A stretch of DNA of 64,000 nucleotides from positions 1,408,001 to 1,472,000 of the forward strand of contig OZ244937.1 of the NCBI GenBank assembly GCA_965222075.1, read 5' to 3'. Of the stretch, positions 60,657-64,000 are shown in pieces. The notes under the pieces are model-generated. The model was given only the letters and a program-made list of their open reading frames with translations, did not search any database and had not been told where the DNA came from. The position numbers and the translations under genes are program-made. The stretch's first letter is position 1; each line of letters starts with the position of its first letter. The DNA comes from Candidatus Latescibacterota bacterium. GTDB lineage: Bacteria; Latescibacterota; UBA2968; GCA-2709665.

Positions 60657-61430
60657 CTAATACAGCATCGTATGCGTCAAAAAATAATCCAGAATCAGGA
60701 TCAGGGCCGAAGAAACCACAACCGCGGCCGTAGCTGCCCGACCCACCCCCTGGGCCCCGCCCCCGGTCTGCAGCCCCATATAACATCCCATAAATGTGAT
60801 CAGCCCCCCGAAGACCATCGATTTCGCCAGCCCCACAAACACATCGTAAGCCTGAAAATCCAACTTCATGCCCTTGACAAAATTAAAGACGCTGATATCC
60901 ACCTTGATAATGGCGATGATGAACCCTGCACAGACAGACACAAAGCTGGAAAAGACCACCAGCACCGGGATCATCATCAGTCCGGCCAGCAGCCGGGGCA
61001 TCATCAGGTATCCCACCGGATCCACAGCCAGAGAGACCAGCGCATCCACCTGTTCGGAGACCTTCATAGACCCCACTTCCGAGGCGATGCCCGCCCCCAC
61101 GCGACCGGCCAGCACCAGCCCCATCAACACAGGCGCCAGTTCCAGCACCACAGAACGCAGCACCACGCTCCCCACCATATAATCCGGCACGTAGGCCTCC
61201 ATCTGATAGGCCATCTGGATGGAAACCGCCATCCCGCTGAAGCAGGAAACCAGGCAGACCAGAGACAGGGAACCCACCCCGATGGCATAGCACTGCTCAA
61301 CAACCTGCCGGCGATAAAAGTAGAGATGCCGGAACTCTCTCAGACAGCGGGTAAAATAGCGATACATATGATACGCCTGAGAGAAAAAGCGAACAATATA
61401 AACGCCGAGAAAACGGAAGAGACGTTCCAT
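60657..61430 (-). CDS. mlaE: MlaE-like ABC permease
   Basis: ELAPVL, AGRVGAGIASEVGSMKVSEQVDAL, GVGRAAT. Confidence 0.9.
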   Translation of the reverse strand: MERLFRFLGVYIVRFFSQAYHMYRYFTRCLREFRHLYFYRRQVVEQCYAIGVGSLSLVCLVSCFSGMAVSIQMAYQMEAYVPDYMVGSVVLRSVVLELAPVLMGLVLAGRVGAGIASEVGSMKVSEQVDALVSLAVDPVGYLMMPRLLAGLMMIPVLVVFSSFVSVCAGFIIAIIKVDISVFNFVKGMKLDFQAYDVFVGLAKSMVFGGLITFMGCYMGLQTGGGAQGVGRAATAAVVVSSALILILDYFLTHTMLY

Positions 61431-61613
61431 ATTATCTCTGCAATGGCAAAAGGTGAAAAAACGCAAAAAACCGACCTAACGATCCATAGAAAGAATCCCC
61501 CAAAAGGAGAAATTGGAAAGAAGATCAAAACAGGAAGGATCGGCCTGCCGGCCGTTGGCTTTGCAGGTCCGACAGAAGGAGCGGGGACTTTGAAACCGTT
61601 ACAAACCAGGCAC

Positions 61614-62483
61614 TCAGGCCTCTCCACGCTTTCCCTGGGCAAGCTCCGCATTCAGCTCTCCACCCACAAGCAGGAACAGGGCCGTGAGGTAAATCCAGAT
61701 CTGGAGAGCGATAAATCCGCCCAGGAGGCCGTAGACCCTGTTGTAATAGCTGAAATTGCCCACATAATATCCAAACCCCTTGGAAAGGAAAAACCAGAGC
61801 ACGGCAAACAGCACGGCGCCAGGCAGCACCTGCAGGAGTTTTGGCCTGTAGTTGGGCGCAATGTGGTAGAGCAACCCGGCCATCACCACCGCACTTAAGA
61901 AACCGACCGGCCATTTGAGCAACACGACCAGGGAGGGAAGCACACCTTCCACCAGACCAAGACGCACCAGCAGCTGTTGTTCAATCCACGTTCCCATGAT
62001 CAGGAAGTTAAAGGAGACCACCATAGCCAGCCCCACCCCGACCATCAGCCCAACAGAAAGCATTCGGCGAAACCAGAAGGACCGGGCCTCCTCAACGCCA
62101 TAGGCCCGGTTGAGGGCCTTGATCGTCGCCGAGATCGCGCTTGAGGCGGCCCACAGCGCCCCCAAAAGACCGATGGTCATAAGCTTTGGGGAACTGGCTG
62201 CAACCAGATTGCGGACATTTTCCTCCACCATTTCCCTCACAAGATCGTGGAGGAAAATCCCCATCACATCCAGAGACCTGGACACAAATTCCGGCGTAAT
62301 CCCCAGAAGCCCGGCCAGAGCCGCGGTAAACACCGCCGCCGGAAAGATGGAAAGAGAGAAGTCGAATGCCATCTCACCGGCGATCTCCGTGCACTCATGG
62401 TCCATAACGCGGCGAAAGACACGCTTGCAGATCTGAGCGATCGTTCGGCCCCATTTCCATCTCCATAATCTACGGTCCGCCAT
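61614..62483 (-). CDS. YihY/virulence factor BrkB family membrane protein
   Basis: SIFP, ALNRAY, PGA, YNRVYG, WIYL...GGELNA. Confidence 0.9.
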   Translation of the reverse strand: MADRRLWRWKWGRTIAQICKRVFRRVMDHECTEIAGEMAFDFSLSIFPAAVFTAALAGLLGITPEFVSRSLDVMGIFLHDLVREMVEENVRNLVAASSPKLMTIGLLGALWAASSAISATIKALNRAYGVEEARSFWFRRMLSVGLMVGVGLAMVVSFNFLIMGTWIEQQLLVRLGLVEGVLPSLVVLLKWPVGFLSAVVMAGLLYHIAPNYRPKLLQVLPGAVLFAVLWFFLSKGFGYYVGNFSYYNRVYGLLGGFIALQIWIYLTALFLLVGGELNAELAQGKRGEA

Positions 62484-62625
62484 CGAGAGAGAACTGCCCC
62501 CTGGCATGTGTAAGGGCCAACCTGAAGATAGCTGCAATTTAAGCATTTACAAGCAAGATCGCAAGAACCATCCGCCAATGCAACAGGAAAATAAGAGAAC
62601 GCACCACCTCTTGCGCTCCAGCCGG

Positions 62626-62658
62626 AAAAAAAACGGGCAGGGCCGCTTCGCCCTGCCC
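62626..62658 (-). terminator. Intrinsic terminator after the sigma factor gene
   Basis: gggcagggc-cgcttc-gccctgccc followed by a U8 tract on the minus strand. Confidence 0.75.
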
Positions 62659-62674
62659 ACTCTGCGCTCTGCCC

Positions 62675-62695
62675 GCCTGCCTGCTGCAGGCAGGC
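62675..62695. repeat. Short palindrome GCCTGCCTGCTGCAGGCAGGC
   Basis: Same 19-bp core as 63622-63642. Confidence 0.85.
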
Positions 62696-62702
62696 TGGAA
62701 CC

Positions 62703-63605
62703 TCAGACCACGTCTTCCCAGGAGTCTTCGGCGTGCACCCGTTGTTTAAAAAACCGGCGCAGTTTTCCCAGGGCCCGGTTGCGGATCTGGCGCACCCGCT
62801 CACGCGTCACACCCAGGTTCGCCCCGATCTCTCCCAGGGTGTGCCGCTCCTGGCCGTCCAGCCCGAAATAGGCCCGAATCACCTCTGCCTCCCGGCTGTC
62901 CAAGCTGCCGATCAGCGATTCGTTGACCAACTCCAGGCGATCCCGTTCCAGAACATGCAAATCGGGCTCCGGCTCTTCTACCTGGAGGATCTGGAGCAGC
63001 GTCTGCTCTCCAGCCGGATCCATCGGAGATTCCAGCGAAAGGTCGGAACGGACACACCGAAGTGCGCGTTCCGCACGCTTCCGGCTGATCTTCATGTCGG
63101 TGGCCACTTCGTCCAGCGTGGGCACCCGGCCCAGTTCCTGCGTCATCTGCCCCCAGCGCCTCGCCATCCGGTCCATGTCTTCCTGACGATTGGCCGGCAT
63201 CGAGACCGTCGAGGTCCGCTTCAGGGCGTTCAGAATGGCCTGGCGGATCCACCAGACCGCATAGCTGATGAACTTATACCCCCGCTTCTCATCAAACCGC
63301 TTAAGGGCCTCCATCAACCCCATGTTTCCCTCTGCAATCAGGTCCGACAGGGGCACCCCACGGCCCTGGTATTCTAAAGCGACACTGACCACAAAGCGCA
63401 GGTTGGAGGTAATCAACCGTTCAATGGCCCTGGCATCCCCTTTCCGGGCACGCCGCAGGGTCTTTTCTTCCTCCTTGCGGCTCATCGGAGGGTACTTGCG
63501 CAATTCCTTCAGATATCGCTGCACGGAAGCATCGTGTGCAGAACGCGTCTGAACCGTATCGTTCGAATCCATATCCAGCAACGACTCCTCTCGGATTTCT
63601 GTCAT
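62703..63605 (-). CDS. RNA polymerase sigma-70 factor, RpoD/RpoS-like (short form)
   Basis: NLRFVVSVA, DLIAEGNMGL, KFISYAVWWIRQ, TRERVRQI. Confidence 0.93.
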   Translation of the reverse strand: MTEIREESLLDMDSNDTVQTRSAHDASVQRYLKELRKYPPMSRKEEEKTLRRARKGDARAIERLITSNLRFVVSVALEYQGRGVPLSDLIAEGNMGLMEALKRFDEKRGYKFISYAVWWIRQAILNALKRTSTVSMPANRQEDMDRMARRWGQMTQELGRVPTLDEVATDMKISRKRAERALRCVRSDLSLESPMDPAGEQTLLQILQVEEPEPDLHVLERDRLELVNESLIGSLDSREAEVIRAYFGLDGQERHTLGEIGANLGVTRERVRQIRNRALGKLRRFFKQRVHAEDSWEDVV

Positions 63606-63621
63606 CTCATCACCTCCTGGC

Positions 63622-63642
63622 ACCTGCCTGCTGCAGGCAGGT
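63622..63642. repeat. Short palindrome ACCTGCCTGCTGCAGGCAGGT
   Basis: Read directly, just upstream of the sigma RBS. Confidence 0.85.
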
Positions 63643-63710
63643 CAGTATCCAAGGCCTGGAGATTTTGGGGTGCATATCTTAAACGAACCGTCTGTCAAAA
63701 AGTTCCACGC

Positions 63711-63739
63711 GCCTGCCTGCGTCCCCCGGACAGGCAGGC
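63711..63739. repeat. Palindrome GCCTGCCTG-N11-CAGGCAGGC (27-bp core class)
   Basis: gcctgcctgcgtcccccggacaggcaggc. Confidence 0.8.
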
Positions 63740-64000
63740 CAACTATGCCCAACCCGCCTCAAACTGTCATTATGGCAGTACAACATGCTGCCATGTGACT
63801 GTGAGCCAAAAAAGCGTCGCTTCTCAGAGCATCCAGGCGAAAGCAGCGCCTTTCACAAAATCTAACATAAGCTATTGCTTTATAAAATTTTATCTCCGAA
63901 CCAATCCGTCCAAATCAATCGCCTGCTCAATGAGCACCGACCCCTTTGCGCCCTAAGGTATGCATAATCTGTGCCAGAACATCAAATTCAGGCGTTTTTG

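Overview
High-GC bacterial chromosomal window. The giant cohesin/EF-hand/cadherin/Fn3/LRR surface protein suggests a host-associated lineage, possibly Latescibacterota-like; this is inference only. From left to right: (i) a frameshifted giant adhesin-like gene running off the window edge; (ii) an rtcB / COG0523 GTPase / archease / MobA-like operon, an FGE-domain lipoprotein, class I aldolase and folE; (iii) a ~21.5 kb anti-phage island; (iv) BCCT transporter and TonB-dependent receptor, ychF, three paralogous xanthine-dehydrogenase-family Mo subunits sharing one 2Fe-2S/FAD pair, two tRNA-Pro genes, mlaEFD-like genes and a sigma-70 factor. The island backbone is a DUF499 ATPase, a small protein, a DUF1156 methyltransferase and a PLD-SNF2 helicase (restriction-like system). 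Main observation: four different defence cassettes (Menshen-like, an unassigned 3-gene MBL-hydrolase module, an Hna-like helicase-nuclease, Septu-like) are stacked at one spot inside this backbone. Each is separated from the next by a hybrid scar made of the methyltransferase 5' end followed by the DUF499 3' end and/or a small-gene fragment, with no integrase or transposase visible. A CCTGYCTG...CAGRCAGG palindrome family is also dispersed through the window and is inserted in frame in two proteins.
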